DNA from: Candidatus Giovannonibacteria bacterium
Lineage (GTDB): Bacteria > Patescibacteriota > Minisyncoccia > UBA11713 > 2-01-FULL-45-33
Direction: 5' to 3'
DNA length: 64,000 nt
Assembly (NCBI GenBank): GCA_016176295.1
Contig: JACOXN010000004.1
Span: 6,655-70,654, forward strand
The notes beneath the pieces are model-generated. The model was not told the origin of the DNA and ran no database searches. It saw only the letters and a program-made list of their open reading frames with translations. Positions 37,996 through 47,735 of the stretch are shown here, piece after piece; the stretch's first letter is position 1; each line of letters begins with the position of its first letter. The translations under genes and the position numbers were made by a program.

Positions 37996-39258
37996 TTAGC
38001 TGTAGGTGCGGAGGGAAAGCTGGGCTTCCACTTGTTTCGCGGTTTCCAAAACTACGGATACGACGATGAGGAGCGCGGTGCCTCCGATGGTCAGAGCAGA
38101 GAGACCGCTCAACGCCTGAATTATGAGCGGCAAGACGGCGATGATGCCGAGAAAAATAGCTCCGATGAGGACAATATGGCTTACTATTTTGTGGAGATAC
38201 ATCGAAGTAGAAGGGCCCGGACGAACACCGGGGATGAATGCGCCTGATTTTTGCAGATTATTCGAAATAGCTTCCGGATCGAAAGTAACCGCAGTATAAA
38301 AATACGTAAAAAGCACGACAAGAATGAAATACGCCGAAGCATACGCCCAGGAGTTGCCGAGGAAATTAAGTACAATAGAAGAAACCCCCTGCAAAAATGT
38401 GTTCGCAGAAGTGGCAAAATAACTCGCTATCATCTGCGGAAACAACAAAATGGAAAGCGCGAAAATTATAGGGATAACGCCAGCCTGGTTGACCCTCAAA
38501 GGAAGATACGTGGATGAACCGCCGTACATGCGCATCCCCCGCACGCGCTTGGCGTAATAGACCGGAATGGGACGCTCTCCTTCGCTGATTATTACCACCG
38601 CCGCAACCGTAATAAGCGCCACCACCACGAAGGAAATGATGCTTGGAAGCTGTGAAGGGTCGTAGGAAATGATTGTTTGTCGGACTGTCGTCGGAAACCG
38701 GGAAACTATACCTGCGAATATCATGACGGATACGCCATTGCCTATGCCATATTCGGAAATAAGCTCACCAAGCCACATGAGAAAGACAGAGCCTGCCGCC
38801 ACAATAATGACGTCCCCTATTTTCTCCGAAAAAGTAAGACTCAAAATACCCTGCCTTTCCAAAATGGTAAGCAGACCGAAACCCTGAAGAAGCGCGAGAG
38901 GCACCGTAAGCAATCGGGAAAACTGGTTAAATTTCTGCCGTCCCGCTTCGCCCTCCTCTTGATACATTTCTTTAAGCGCCGGGAAAATCATGGTCAAAAG
39001 CTGCATGATAATAGAGCCCGTAATGTACGGCCCCACTCCCAACATAACAATAGAAAGATTGTCCAAAACTCCTCCCGAAAACAGGTTGAGCAATCCGAAA
39101 ATCTGGTTTTGCGCGAAAAATTCGCGAAGTTTGGCGGCATCTATGCCCGGAACCGGAATTGCGGCGGTCAATCTGAAAATCGCAAGGAACGCAAAAAGGA
39201 ACAGAACTTTTTTTCTCAAATCCGGGTCGCTATAGAAAAGTTTTATTTTCCCCCACAT
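37996..39258 (-). CDS. secY: preprotein translocase subunit SecY
   Basis: 420 aa, 10 TM, position after rplO. Confidence 0.9.
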   Translation of the reverse strand: MWGKIKLFYSDPDLRKKVLFLFAFLAIFRLTAAIPVPGIDAAKLREFFAQNQIFGLLNLFSGGVLDNLSIVMLGVGPYITGSIIMQLLTMIFPALKEMYQEEGEAGRQKFNQFSRLLTVPLALLQGFGLLTILERQGILSLTFSEKIGDVIIVAAGSVFLMWLGELISEYGIGNGVSVMIFAGIVSRFPTTVRQTIISYDPSQLPSIISFVVVALITVAAVVIISEGERPIPVYYAKRVRGMRMYGGSSTYLPLRVNQAGVIPIIFALSILLFPQMIASYFATSANTFLQGVSSIVLNFLGNSWAYASAYFILVVLFTYFYTAVTFDPEAISNNLQKSGAFIPGVRPGPSTSMYLHKIVSHIVLIGAIFLGIIAVLPLIIQALSGLSALTIGGTALLIVVSVVLETAKQVEAQLSLRTYS

Positions 39259-39696
39259 TTATTTTGTTTTTTCTATTTTACTTTTGGCAGTCTGAGAAAC
39301 AAGAAAATCTTTATCGAAAGAAAGTTTTTTCGTAAGCTCGCCTCCGCCTAATATCTTAACTTTGATGTTCTTTCCCTTGGGAACCACGATGAGGCCGGCT
39401 CGGCCCAGACTTTCGGGCGTAACTTTCTCGCCCGCGTTGAATTTTTTCTCTATATCCGCAAGATTAACCACCAATGGCTTTACGCGGTATGCGGCCGAGG
39501 AAGCGCTCACGTTCCTTCCATGCCCCCTTCTCTTGTGTATCTTTTTGATGATATCACGGATCTGCGGGCGAATCCTGTGCCCGGAGCGCGCCTTCTGCCC
39601 TTTAATGCCGTGCCCCGAATAAGAGCCGCGTTTGCCTCCCCGGCCGACGCGCCTTTTTGTTCTTCCTATTGATTTCGGTAGATCGTGAACCTGCAT
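39259..39696 (-). CDS. rplO: 50S ribosomal protein L15
   Basis: RRVGRGGKRGSYSGHGIKGQKARSG. Confidence 0.85.
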   Translation of the reverse strand: MQVHDLPKSIGRTKRRVGRGGKRGSYSGHGIKGQKARSGHRIRPQIRDIIKKIHKRRGHGRNVSASSAAYRVKPLVVNLADIEKKFNAGEKVTPESLGRAGLIVVPKGKNIKVKILGGGELTKKLSFDKDFLVSQTAKSKIEKTK

Positions 39697-39701
39697 ATTT
39701 T

Positions 39702-40184
39702 TTATTTATTAGTTTCTACGCGCTTAAGGGTAAGTTTTTTTAAAGCGTCCATGGTAGCCCTGGCATTGTTTACTTTGTTCTTGGTCCTCGAAAGCGCTTT
39801 GGCGCTCGCATTCTCTACTCCGGCCAGCATCAGAACCGACCTGGAAGCTCCCCCGGCCACGAGACCTTTTCCCGCCTTGGCCGGCTTTAAAATAATGGAA
39901 GCGCTGCCGAATTTCGCGCTGACCTCATGCGGAATGGATTTGAATTTGTTCAAAGGAACCATGATGGCTTCTTTGCGCGCCGCGCGAAAAGCCTTCTCGA
40001 TGGACTGGGCTGTATCGGAAGCTTTGCCCAAACCCACACCCACTTCCCCCTTCCTGTTGCCCACGACCAAAGTCGCACGGAATGAAAAGCGCCTGCCTCC
40101 CGCCACTACTCTCGCTACGCGCCTAAGATCGATCAGTTTCTGGTCGTACTCGCTTTTTGGTCTAGGTTGTCTTTGTGGTCTCAT
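39702..40184 (-). CDS. rpsE: 30S ribosomal protein S5 (followed directly by rplO, no L30 gene)
   Basis: LIDLRRVARVVAGGRRFSFRATLVVGNRKGEVGVGLGKA. Confidence 0.9.
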   Translation of the reverse strand: MRPQRQPRPKSEYDQKLIDLRRVARVVAGGRRFSFRATLVVGNRKGEVGVGLGKASDTAQSIEKAFRAARKEAIMVPLNKFKSIPHEVSAKFGSASIILKPAKAGKGLVAGGASRSVLMLAGVENASAKALSRTKNKVNNARATMDALKKLTLKRVETNK

Positions 40185-40201
40185 AAAATATTTTTATAAA
40201 A

Positions 40202-40552
40202 TTAAAACTCTAGCCCTCCCTCCCTGGCTCCATCGGCCGCTTTTTTGATCCGGCCGTGATATTTGTATCCTCCGCGGTCAAAAACGACTTTCTTGATGCC
40301 TTTTTCTTTTGAAACGCCGGCTATAAGCTTACCGACCTCGAATGCGCGGTCGCTTTTCGTAAGCTTGTCCTTTTTTACTGCTTTATCGGAAAGACCTATC
40401 ACTGTTTTCCCGGAAACATCATCTATAACCTGCAAAAAAACATGTTTCGAGGACCGATAAACCGAAAGCCGCGGACGGGCCACCGTGCCCGTTATCTTCG
40501 CTCTTACGCGGTTATGCCTGATTTTACGTTTTATTCTTTTTATTTTTGCCAT
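40202..40552 (-). CDS. rplR: 50S ribosomal protein L18
   Basis: Pattern and position. Confidence 0.85.
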   Translation of the reverse strand: MAKIKRIKRKIRHNRVRAKITGTVARPRLSVYRSSKHVFLQVIDDVSGKTVIGLSDKAVKKDKLTKSDRAFEVGKLIAGVSKEKGIKKVVFDRGGYKYHGRIKKAADGAREGGLEF

Positions 40553-40557
40553 ATTGT

Positions 40558-41124
40558 TTACGCTGTGGCTACGGCTTTCTTGCCCGCCTTTCTTCTGATA
40601 ACTTCCCCCTGGTAGAAAATTCCTTTCCCTTTGTAAGGCTCAACCGGTTTTTTGGAACGTATCCTCGCGGCCAGCAAACCCACCATTTCTTTGTCCGCTC
40701 CGCTCACCAAAATCGAGTTCTTCTCAACTTTAAATGTTACTCCGCCCTCCGCTTTTATCTTGACCGGATGGGTAAAACCGAGAGATAGCGTGAGGTCTGC
40801 TCCGTCAAGCGCAGCTTTGAAACCCACTCCTTCGATCATAAGCTTTTTTTCGTAACCTTTCGTTACTCCGAGTACCGCCCCTCTTACTAAAGAGGCTCCC
40901 GTTCCCAAAATGGCCGACGAATTCTTCAGCCCGCGAACGTCTTTTTTCAGCGAAACGAAAACTCCTTTGGCTCCGGCATCCAGTTCCTTTTCTTCAATTG
41001 AAATGGCCGCCGGCAGACGCTTTTTTACCTCGCCCATCGGGCCTTTGAATATAAAAAGCTCGCCGTCTATCCGGACAGTCACGTCTTTCCCCAAAATTAT
41101 CGGTTTTTTTGCTAATCTGCTCAT
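40558..41124 (-). CDS. rplF: 50S ribosomal protein L6
   Basis: Pattern and position. Confidence 0.85.
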   Translation of the reverse strand: MSRLAKKPIILGKDVTVRIDGELFIFKGPMGEVKKRLPAAISIEEKELDAGAKGVFVSLKKDVRGLKNSSAILGTGASLVRGAVLGVTKGYEKKLMIEGVGFKAALDGADLTLSLGFTHPVKIKAEGGVTFKVEKNSILVSGADKEMVGLLAARIRSKKPVEPYKGKGIFYQGEVIRRKAGKKAVATA

Positions 41125-41133
41125 TTTATAAAA

Positions 41134-41523
41134 TTACCAAATCTCAAATAATAATTCTCCTCCGACTTTGTTTTTTCTCGCCGCTTCATCGGTAAGCAAT
41201 CCGCTGGGAGTGGAATAAACGCCTGTGCCGTACTTGTTCTTGACCGGAAATATTTCACGGTATCCCTTGTACACCCTTTTGGACGGCTTCGAAACCCGCT
41301 TCGCCCCGGAAATTCTGGGAGCCCCGTCGGTGTAATTGAGTTTTATCTCGATGAACTTTTTGCTCTTTTTTCCTTTTTTCGCGAGCACGCCGACATACCT
41401 GGATTCCTCCAGTATCTTTGCGATATCCCATTTCAAATTGGAATAGGGAATAGAAACGGTTTCTTTTTTCACCGCCTGCGCATTCCTTAGCCTTATTAAC
41501 ATGTCTGCTATTGGGTCAGTCAT
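41134..41523 (-). CDS. rpsH: 30S ribosomal protein S8
   Basis: MTDPIADMLIRLRNAQ. Confidence 0.9.
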   Translation of the reverse strand: MTDPIADMLIRLRNAQAVKKETVSIPYSNLKWDIAKILEESRYVGVLAKKGKKSKKFIEIKLNYTDGAPRISGAKRVSKPSKRVYKGYREIFPVKNKYGTGVYSTPSGLLTDEAARKNKVGGELLFEIW

Positions 41524-41547
41524 ATTGGTTGAATAGTTAAATTACGA

Positions 41548-41733
41548 TTACCAGCTTGATTTTCTTATCCCCGGTATTAATCCCTCATTTGCGAGCTCCC
41601 GGAAGCAGATGCGGCAAAGATCGAAATCCCTCATGTATCCGCGTTTTCTTCCGCAGCGAAAACAGCGGCGCACAACGCGGCTTTTGAATTTCGGCGGTTT
41701 TAATGATCTGACGTATGTTGATGTTTTTGACAT
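41548..41733 (-). CDS. rpsN: 30S ribosomal protein S14 type Z (zinc-binding)
   Basis: 61 aa, [25 protein letters not shown]. Confidence 0.9.
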   Translation of the reverse strand: MSKTSTYVRSLKPPKFKSRVVRRCFRCGRKRGYMRDFDLCRICFRELANEGLIPGIRKSSW

Positions 41734-41736
41734 AAA

Positions 41737-42285
41737 TTAGTTATTTGTTTTTTGCAACGGAAAACCCATTCTTCTAAAAAGTTCCACCGCCTCATCCCGG
41801 CTTTTAGAATTGGAGACAACGGTGATCTCAAAGCCAAAAATATCCTTGATGTTCTCCGACATGACTTCAGGAAATACAATATGTTCGCGAATGCCCAAAG
41901 TCAAGCTGCCGCCCTGGTCCACAGACTTCAATCCTATACCGCGAAAGTCGCGCATACGCGGGATAGCGAGGTTTATCAGCCTGTCCAAAAAGTCATACAT
42001 TCTTTTCCCGCGCAAAGTGACTTTGTATCCGACTATCATGCCTTCCCTCGTTTTGAACGACGAAATAGCTTTTTTGGTGGGCCGGGGCGATAATTTCTGT
42101 CCGGTTATCATGGTCAAATGTTTTTGAGCCGCTTCCACGGATTCTTTCTTCTCGCGGAGGCGCCCCGTGCCGATGTTCACCACAACCTTGGTAACTTTGG
42201 GGACGGCCATTACCGAAGAATACTTGCCGTGCTTCTGCAGTTCGGGAACTATCTCTTTATTATATTTTTCTTTTAGTCCTTTCAT
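41737..42285 (-). CDS. rplE: 50S ribosomal protein L5
   Basis: Pattern and position. Confidence 0.9.
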   Translation of the reverse strand: MKGLKEKYNKEIVPELQKHGKYSSVMAVPKVTKVVVNIGTGRLREKKESVEAAQKHLTMITGQKLSPRPTKKAISSFKTREGMIVGYKVTLRGKRMYDFLDRLINLAIPRMRDFRGIGLKSVDQGGSLTLGIREHIVFPEVMSENIKDIFGFEITVVSNSKSRDEAVELFRRMGFPLQKTNN

Positions 42286-42287
42286 AT

Positions 42288-42593
42288 TTAAATTTCATTT
42301 TTACATTTTTTGCAGACCCTGGTTTTCTTTCCTTCCGTAAGTTCGTATCCCACACTCACACCTTTGCCGCAATTCTTGCAAAAAAGCATGGCGTTGGACG
42401 CATCAATCGGAGCCGGCATAGAAATTACCTGGCCCTTCTGACCTTCCTTTCTCGGCCGCTGATGTTTTTTTCTGAGAGCCACGCCTTCCACCACTATCTT
42501 CCCGATGCGGGGGAACGAATCCAAAACTTTCCCGCTCTTTCCGCGGTCTTTCCCTGCTATCACCACTACATTGTCATTTTTTTTGATCTTCAT
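42288..42593 (-). CDS. rplX: 50S ribosomal protein L24 with CxxC...CxxC in the C-terminal region
   Basis: [26 protein letters not shown] motif. C-terminus [28 protein letters not shown]. Confidence 0.85.
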   Translation of the reverse strand: MKIKKNDNVVVIAGKDRGKSGKVLDSFPRIGKIVVEGVALRKKHQRPRKEGQKGQVISMPAPIDASNAMLFCKNCGKGVSVGYELTEGKKTRVCKKCKNEI

Positions 42594-42955
42594 ATGATTT
42601 CCTCAGCCAGGGAGGTTATTTCAGTAAAACCTTTCTCTTTGATCTCTCTCGGTATCGGGCCGAATATGCGCCCTCCTTTCGGGGACTCGCCGTCTAAAAT
42701 AACCACCGAATTGTCATCAAAACGAATATAGGAACCGTCGGGCCTCCGCAGAGGATATTTCTGCCGCACTACCAAAGCTTTGTGGACTTCTTTTCTCTTC
42801 ACGGCTTTCCTGGGCTCGGCCGCTTTTACGGCCACGACGATAATATCGCCTATAGAAGCATATCTCCTTCTCGTGCCTCCCAATACCTTAATACATTGGA
42901 CCAGTTTCGCTCCGCTGTTGTCGGCCACGTTTAACATTGTGCGATGCTGTATCAT
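42590..42955 (-). CDS. rplN: 50S ribosomal protein L14
   Basis: [17 protein letters not shown]. Confidence 0.9.
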   Translation of the reverse strand: MIQHRTMLNVADNSGAKLVQCIKVLGGTRRRYASIGDIIVVAVKAAEPRKAVKRKEVHKALVVRQKYPLRRPDGSYIRFDDNSVVILDGESPKGGRIFGPIPREIKEKGFTEITSLAEEII

Positions 42956-43173
42956 AAAATTTCCTTAATTTTCCATCTCTTATCCTTCGACAAAGGACGG
43001 ACCGACTCGATAACCACGGTTTTTCCTTCTTCCACAGGCTCTTCGGAATGCGCTTTGTAGCGGTTGGAAATTTTCATATATTTTCCGTAAAGGGCGTGTT
43101 TTTTCAGCCTTGTCACTTCCACGACAACCGTTTTGGCCAGCTTATTCGATACTATTTTTCCTTTAAGTTCCAT
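42952..43173 (-). CDS. rpsQ: 30S ribosomal protein S17
   Basis: Pattern and position. Confidence 0.85.
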   Translation of the reverse strand: MELKGKIVSNKLAKTVVVEVTRLKKHALYGKYMKISNRYKAHSEEPVEEGKTVVIESVRPLSKDKRWKIKEIL

Positions 43174-43175
43174 AT

Positions 43176-43376
43176 TTATTTATTAGCTCTGTAAACTGTC
43201 AATATCCGCGCGATGGTTTTTCGGATCTCCTTCTGTTCTTTCACGTTCTTTAATGACGTACCCTCCCTTCTCATGCGGATTCCCAAAAGCTTTTCGCGCT
43301 CGTCCGAAAGCATAGACAAAAGCTCGGCTTCGCTCTTTTCCTTTATTTCCTTTGATTTTGTCTTTGCCTTCGACAT
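43176..43376 (-). CDS. rpmC: 50S ribosomal protein L29
   Basis: Pattern and position. Confidence 0.8.
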   Translation of the reverse strand: MSKAKTKSKEIKEKSEAELLSMLSDEREKLLGIRMRREGTSLKNVKEQKEIRKTIARILTVYRANK

Positions 43377-43393
43377 GATATTTTATTAAATAA

Positions 43394-43807
43394 TTAATCC
43401 CTGAAAACAAATTTTGTCCTTATGGATAATTTCGCTCCGGCGCGGCGCAAAGCCTCTTCGGCGATGCTGCGCTCGATGCCGTCCATTTCAAAAACTATCC
43501 TGCCCGGCTTTGTCGGAAAAACATATCCCACCGGCTCTCCTTTTCCTCCACCCATCGTAACTTCCGGCGGTTTGTGGGTAATGGGCTTATCGGGAAACAC
43601 GCGTATCCAGAGCTTGCCCCCTCTTTGAATATAGCGCACCATGGCTTTTCTGGCGGCTTCCAGCTGTTTGGAATTGATGAGACCCGCTTCTTCGGCTTTC
43701 AAACCAAAGGCCCCGAAAGCGAGGGTATAGCCTCTCGTCTCTTTCAGTTTCCTTTTGGTAGACAATCTCTGCCACTTTCTGTGTTTTACTTTCTTGGGAA
43801 ACAGCAT
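43394..43807 (-). CDS. rplP: 50S ribosomal protein L16
   Basis: MLFPKKVKHRKWQR. Confidence 0.9.
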   Translation of the reverse strand: MLFPKKVKHRKWQRLSTKRKLKETRGYTLAFGAFGLKAEEAGLINSKQLEAARKAMVRYIQRGGKLWIRVFPDKPITHKPPEVTMGGGKGEPVGYVFPTKPGRIVFEMDGIERSIAEEALRRAGAKLSIRTKFVFRD

Positions 43808-44484
43808 TATTGTTCGTTCTTATTTTTGTTAAACACTTCTCCCCTATAAATCCATACCTTAATACCAATATCACCGTATGGCAAATGGGCCCGGAAACGC
43901 GCAAAATCTATATCCGCGCGAAGCGTCTGCAAAGGAATTCGTCCGCCGCGCAGCCATTCATAGCGCGCCATCTCGGCGCCGTCCAACCGGCCGGACAAAG
44001 CAACCTTGGCTCCCTTAACTTCGCGGGATGCCATCATTTTTGCGAGATTCAATTTCATCACCCTTCTGAAAGGAAGCCTTTTTTCAAGGTCGAGAGCGAT
44101 TTGCTCCACCATCACGCGCGCGTGAGCCTCCGGGTTCTTTACTTCCTCGACGGTAAGCTTGATATTTTTTGTCCCTACTTTGGAACCGACATCCAATTTC
44201 TTGATGTGAGCGGTCAAAAGAGCCTTAAGCTTTTCAATACCCTCCCCTCCGCGGCCGATTATCAAACCGGGCCTCGTGGTCTTAATTATTATCGTAAGCG
44301 AGTCCGGCGAGCGCTCGATGTCGATGGCGTCTACGAACATGCCTCTTAATTTTTCATCCAAAAATTCGCGCAAATTCAAGTCTTCGCGCAAAAGGTATCT
44401 GAATTTGCGCAAATTGAACCAGCGGGATTTCCACGGACGGATCACGCTTATTCTCATTGAATATGGATGCGAAGAATGCGACAT
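43807..44484 (-). CDS. rpsC: 30S ribosomal protein S3
   Basis: KH domain pattern, position. Confidence 0.9.
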   Translation of the reverse strand: MSHSSHPYSMRISVIRPWKSRWFNLRKFRYLLREDLNLREFLDEKLRGMFVDAIDIERSPDSLTIIIKTTRPGLIIGRGGEGIEKLKALLTAHIKKLDVGSKVGTKNIKLTVEEVKNPEAHARVMVEQIALDLEKRLPFRRVMKLNLAKMMASREVKGAKVALSGRLDGAEMARYEWLRGGRIPLQTLRADIDFARFRAHLPYGDIGIKVWIYRGEVFNKNKNEQ

Positions 44485-44485
44485 A

Positions 44486-44818
44486 TTATTTGATATCTAA
44501 AATAATGGTAATGTGGCTGGTTCTCTTGTTGATGGGGGAAGCGGAACCGCGGGCGCGCGGCATAAAACGCTTTAAAGTGGGGCCTTTGTCCACGCGAATG
44601 CTTTTTACGAAAAGTTTATCCCGCTCCGCGCTGAAATTGTGGCGCGCGTTGGCCACAGCTGAATTTAAAAGCTTTTTTATCGGAGTTTTGGCGCCCCGCT
44701 CAAGGAACTTCAAAGCGGTTTCGGCTTCACCCACCATTTTACCTCTGATGGTATCGGCCACAACCCTGACCTTCCTGGGAGCTATGCGCAAATAATTCAG
44801 TTGTGCTTTTATCTCCAT
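44486..44818 (-). CDS. rplV: 50S ribosomal protein L22
   Basis: Pattern and position. Confidence 0.85.
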   Translation of the reverse strand: MEIKAQLNYLRIAPRKVRVVADTIRGKMVGEAETALKFLERGAKTPIKKLLNSAVANARHNFSAERDKLFVKSIRVDKGPTLKRFMPRARGSASPINKRTSHITIILDIK

Positions 44819-44822
44819 ATTT

Positions 44823-45152
44823 TTATTTCTTAGGTGCGGGGGCCGCCTCTTTGGCTTTAGCTGCTTCGGCGGCTTTCTGCTCTATCTCTTTCTGCATCTT
44901 GCCGCCGTGCCTGATAAATTTCCTGGTCGGGGAAAATTCACCCAATTTGTGCCCCACCATTTCCTCCGAGACACTTACTTTGATAAAATCCCTCCCATTG
45001 TGCACGCCGAAAGTATAACCCACCATTTCCGGGCTGATGGTCGAGCGCCTGGACCAAGTTTTAATGATCGTGCCGGAATTAGCCCTGACCTTGGTCATTT
45101 TCTTCAGCAGTCTTTCTTCTATATATGGGCCTTTTTTTAAACTTCTTGGCAT
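44823..45152 (-). CDS. rpsS: 30S ribosomal protein S19 with A/K/E-rich C-terminal tail
   Basis: [19 protein letters not shown] ... [10 protein letters not shown]. Confidence 0.9.
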   Translation of the reverse strand: MPRSLKKGPYIEERLLKKMTKVRANSGTIIKTWSRRSTISPEMVGYTFGVHNGRDFIKVSVSEEMVGHKLGEFSPTRKFIRHGGKMQKEIEQKAAEAAKAKEAAPAPKK

Positions 45153-45165
45153 AAATAGTTATACT

Positions 45166-45996
45166 TTAGTTCTTAGTGCGGCGGCTGATAATCAATTTGT
45201 TGGAATATTTCTTCGGATTTCTGGTTTTGACGCCGCGGGTGCCTCGCCCCCACTTGTTCTTGGGACGGCGGGTTCCTCGAAGCTGTCTTCCTTCTCCTCC
45301 TCCGTACGGGTGGTCAACCGGATTCATCGCCGAACCTCTTACCGTGGGGCGTATACCCATCAGACGCGAGCGGCCGGCTTTGCCGATAACTACAAGATTG
45401 TTCTCATCATTTGAAACCTGTCCGATGCTGGCCCAGGCTGCGGCCAGAACTTTTCTGACCTCTCCGGAGGGAAGCTTTATCAAAGCGTACCCGCTGTCAT
45501 GTGCCAAAAGCTCGGCAAAGGAACCGGCAGAGCGTACCAAAGCGGCTTTTCCTTCGGGGGCCAAAGCGATGTTGTATATAAAAGTTCCGACGGGGATGTT
45601 TTTCAAAGGAAGCCTGTTCCCGGCAAGAAGCGGAGCGGATTCGGAAACAATGATTTCCCGGCCCGGAGCCACGTCTTTCGGTATCACAATGTAGCGCTTT
45701 TCGCCGTCTTTATACATAAGAAGCCCCAGAAAAGCAGTCCTCCCAGGATCATATTCCACGGCAAGCAGCCTGGCCGGAATATTTTTTTTATCAAAGCGAA
45801 AATCCACCAGGCGTATCAGCCTTTTTGCTCCTCCTCCTTTGTGGCGGGTAGTGATGCGGCCGCGGTTGTTCCTGCCCACCGCGCGATGCAAGCCCAAAAC
45901 CAGGGATTTTTCCGGGTCTTTCTTCGTGATGAAATCCCGGTACTTGATACCGCTCATTTGGCGCCTGGATGGTGATGTGGGTCTGTACGTTTTCAT
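45166..45996 (-). CDS. rplB: 50S ribosomal protein L2
   Basis: 276 aa, GRNNRGRITTRHKGGGAKR ... HPYGGGEG. Confidence 0.9.
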   Translation of the reverse strand: MKTYRPTSPSRRQMSGIKYRDFITKKDPEKSLVLGLHRAVGRNNRGRITTRHKGGGAKRLIRLVDFRFDKKNIPARLLAVEYDPGRTAFLGLLMYKDGEKRYIVIPKDVAPGREIIVSESAPLLAGNRLPLKNIPVGTFIYNIALAPEGKAALVRSAGSFAELLAHDSGYALIKLPSGEVRKVLAAAWASIGQVSNDENNLVVIGKAGRSRLMGIRPTVRGSAMNPVDHPYGGGEGRQLRGTRRPKNKWGRGTRGVKTRNPKKYSNKLIISRRTKN

Positions 45997-46001
45997 ATTA
46001 T

Positions 46002-46424
46002 TTAAAACGCGTCTATTACGCCTCCTTCTTTCAGCGTTACGATAGCCTTTTTAAAACCGGACTTTGTTCCTTCAATCCTGCCGACGCGTCTTTTTTTCTC
46101 AGGCATGTTCATAACATGCACGGAGCCGACTTTGACATGATATCTGTCTTCAACGGCTTTTTTTACCATTATTTTGTTGGCTTTCGGCATTACTTTAAAT
46201 ATATATTTGGTTTCCCCTTCCGACGACATCATTCCGCCGGCTTTTTCCGAAATATGCGGGGCCAAAAAAACACGCGGGCCCATTTCGCTTTTCCCTCTTG
46301 CCTTCAGATCGGCTTTCTTTTCCTCAACCGGAGTTTCCGAAGGTTTCTCGGCCTTCAAAGCCCGCTTTTGGGCGGTTTTCTCAGCTTCCTTTTTTTGAAA
46401 TCTTTGTAGAAAATCAAATGCCAT
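46002..46424 (-). CDS. rplW: 50S ribosomal protein L23 (with ~47-aa basic N-terminal extension, or internal start at MGPRV)
   Basis: C-terminal 90 aa matches L23. N-terminal K/A/E-rich extension overlaps the rplD stop. Confidence 0.8.
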   Translation of the reverse strand: MAFDFLQRFQKKEAEKTAQKRALKAEKPSETPVEEKKADLKARGKSEMGPRVFLAPHISEKAGGMMSSEGETKYIFKVMPKANKIMVKKAVEDRYHVKVGSVHVMNMPEKKRRVGRIEGTKSGFKKAIVTLKEGGVIDAF

Positions 46425-47067
46425 ATGTTTTTTTGAGTTCGTCTATCGAAGCTTCGTCTAATACCAAATATTTGTGGTTCAATATCAAATTTGTGTTCAA
46501 ATTCCTGGGCTCTTTGGCCTGAACGAAAGGCAAGTTTTTTATGGAACGCACAATATCGTTCTCTTTGGGGATAGCCACAAGAGATTTTCCTCCGACAACG
46601 CCCAAATATTTAAATCCTCCTTTTTCACGTAAATTCTTGAAGATCCGGAACGCTTCTTTGGTTTTGGGCGCCGGTACGCTGAACTTGTCCAAAAGGACGA
46701 TTTCATTGTCCTTTAATTTTTTTGAAAGAAGGGAAAACAAGGCTCCGCGCTTCATTTTTTTGTTTATCTTCACCTGATAATTCCGTTCTTTGAGCGGCCC
46801 GTGCGTAACTCCTCCGCCTCTCCATATCGGAGAACGGATGGAACCGTGCCTCGCTCTTCCCAAATGTTTCTGTTTCCAGGGCTTCTTGCCTCCTCCTCTG
46901 ACCTGGCTACGGTCTTTGGAGTCAGCCCAGGGCATACGGGCGTTCGCCCTTTCCCCGTCGTAGACCTGCTTTACCAATGCGGGCCGCCAGTCAACGCCAA
47001 AAATACCTTCCGGTACTTCCGCCGCCCCGACTTTCTGCCCTTTTACATTATAAGTATCGATTTTCAT
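46414..47067 (-). CDS. rplD: 50S ribosomal protein L4
   Basis: Pattern and position. Confidence 0.9.
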   Translation of the reverse strand: MKIDTYNVKGQKVGAAEVPEGIFGVDWRPALVKQVYDGERANARMPWADSKDRSQVRGGGKKPWKQKHLGRARHGSIRSPIWRGGGVTHGPLKERNYQVKINKKMKRGALFSLLSKKLKDNEIVLLDKFSVPAPKTKEAFRIFKNLREKGGFKYLGVVGGKSLVAIPKENDIVRSIKNLPFVQAKEPRNLNTNLILNHKYLVLDEASIDELKKTYGI

Positions 47068-47252
47068 TTGGTTCTTTAAAACAAAACGAGCGGGTCAACC
47101 CCGCCCGGTAATACAACCAAAAATACGGAATTTAAACCTTTACCCGCCTAATTTTGCTCCGCAATATTGGCGGGTCCTTTTATGGATTTTTCGTTCATTT
47201 CTCACAAGTAATAAGATACTAGCACATTGATTTTCGGAGCGCAAGAGTGCGC

Positions 47253-47489
47253 TTATTTATAGGTATTATCGTTTCTGCGTTCGATTGCCAGCAAGAATAT
47301 CTTTTTATTAGCGATGCGATAAATAATCCGAATATTTCCTTTACGAATCCGAAAAATATCATTTCTACCCTTAAGTTTTTTAATATCCAGATCATCCAGC
47401 CGATCTTTTTTGATCCGCATCAAAATATCTCTTACCCATTCCCTCTCCTTGGGTGACAACCGAGCGAGAGCTTTATCGATGCGGTCCAT
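47253..47489 (-). CDS. RelE/ParE-superfamily type II toxin
   Basis: 78 aa, C-terminal GNIRIIYRIANKKIFLLAIERRNDNTYK (RIIY...IL.I.HR..Y signature). 3-nt gap after the upstream antitoxin. Confidence 0.65.
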   Translation of the reverse strand: MDRIDKALARLSPKEREWVRDILMRIKKDRLDDLDIKKLKGRNDIFRIRKGNIRIIYRIANKKIFLLAIERRNDNTYK

Positions 47490-47492
47490 AAT

Positions 47493-47735
47493 TTAGAGGC
47501 GTGACAAAATTTGGCTCAATTCCACACCTCCTTTTTTAAATTTAGTGAAATCAACGGCGGTCTCCCACACACCTTCCCCTTCATCAACCGGAGTGATATT
47601 AAACACCGGCTCCGAACGACGAATCACGGTAAATGATTTGCCTTTGTTGATTTCGGAAATATAACTCTCCATGTGTTCTCTTAACTCTTTTAGCCCAACA
47701 AACTTATCTTTGGTATTGATTTTGTTCATACGCAT
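47493..47735 (-). CDS. Phd/YefM-like antitoxin (true start possibly the second ATG at 47729)
   Basis: 80 aa, VGLKELREHMESYISEINKGKSFTVIRRSEPVFNITPVDE pattern. Sits immediately upstream of the toxin. Confidence 0.5.
   Translation of the reverse strand: MRMNKINTKDKFVGLKELREHMESYISEINKGKSFTVIRRSEPVFNITPVDEGEGVWETAVDFTKFKKGGVELSQILSRL

Noticed and set aside
47237-47250. gcgca-agag-tgcgc hairpin after the toxin gene as a terminator
   Set aside because: The T-run polarity fits the plus strand, where there is no gene. Weak.
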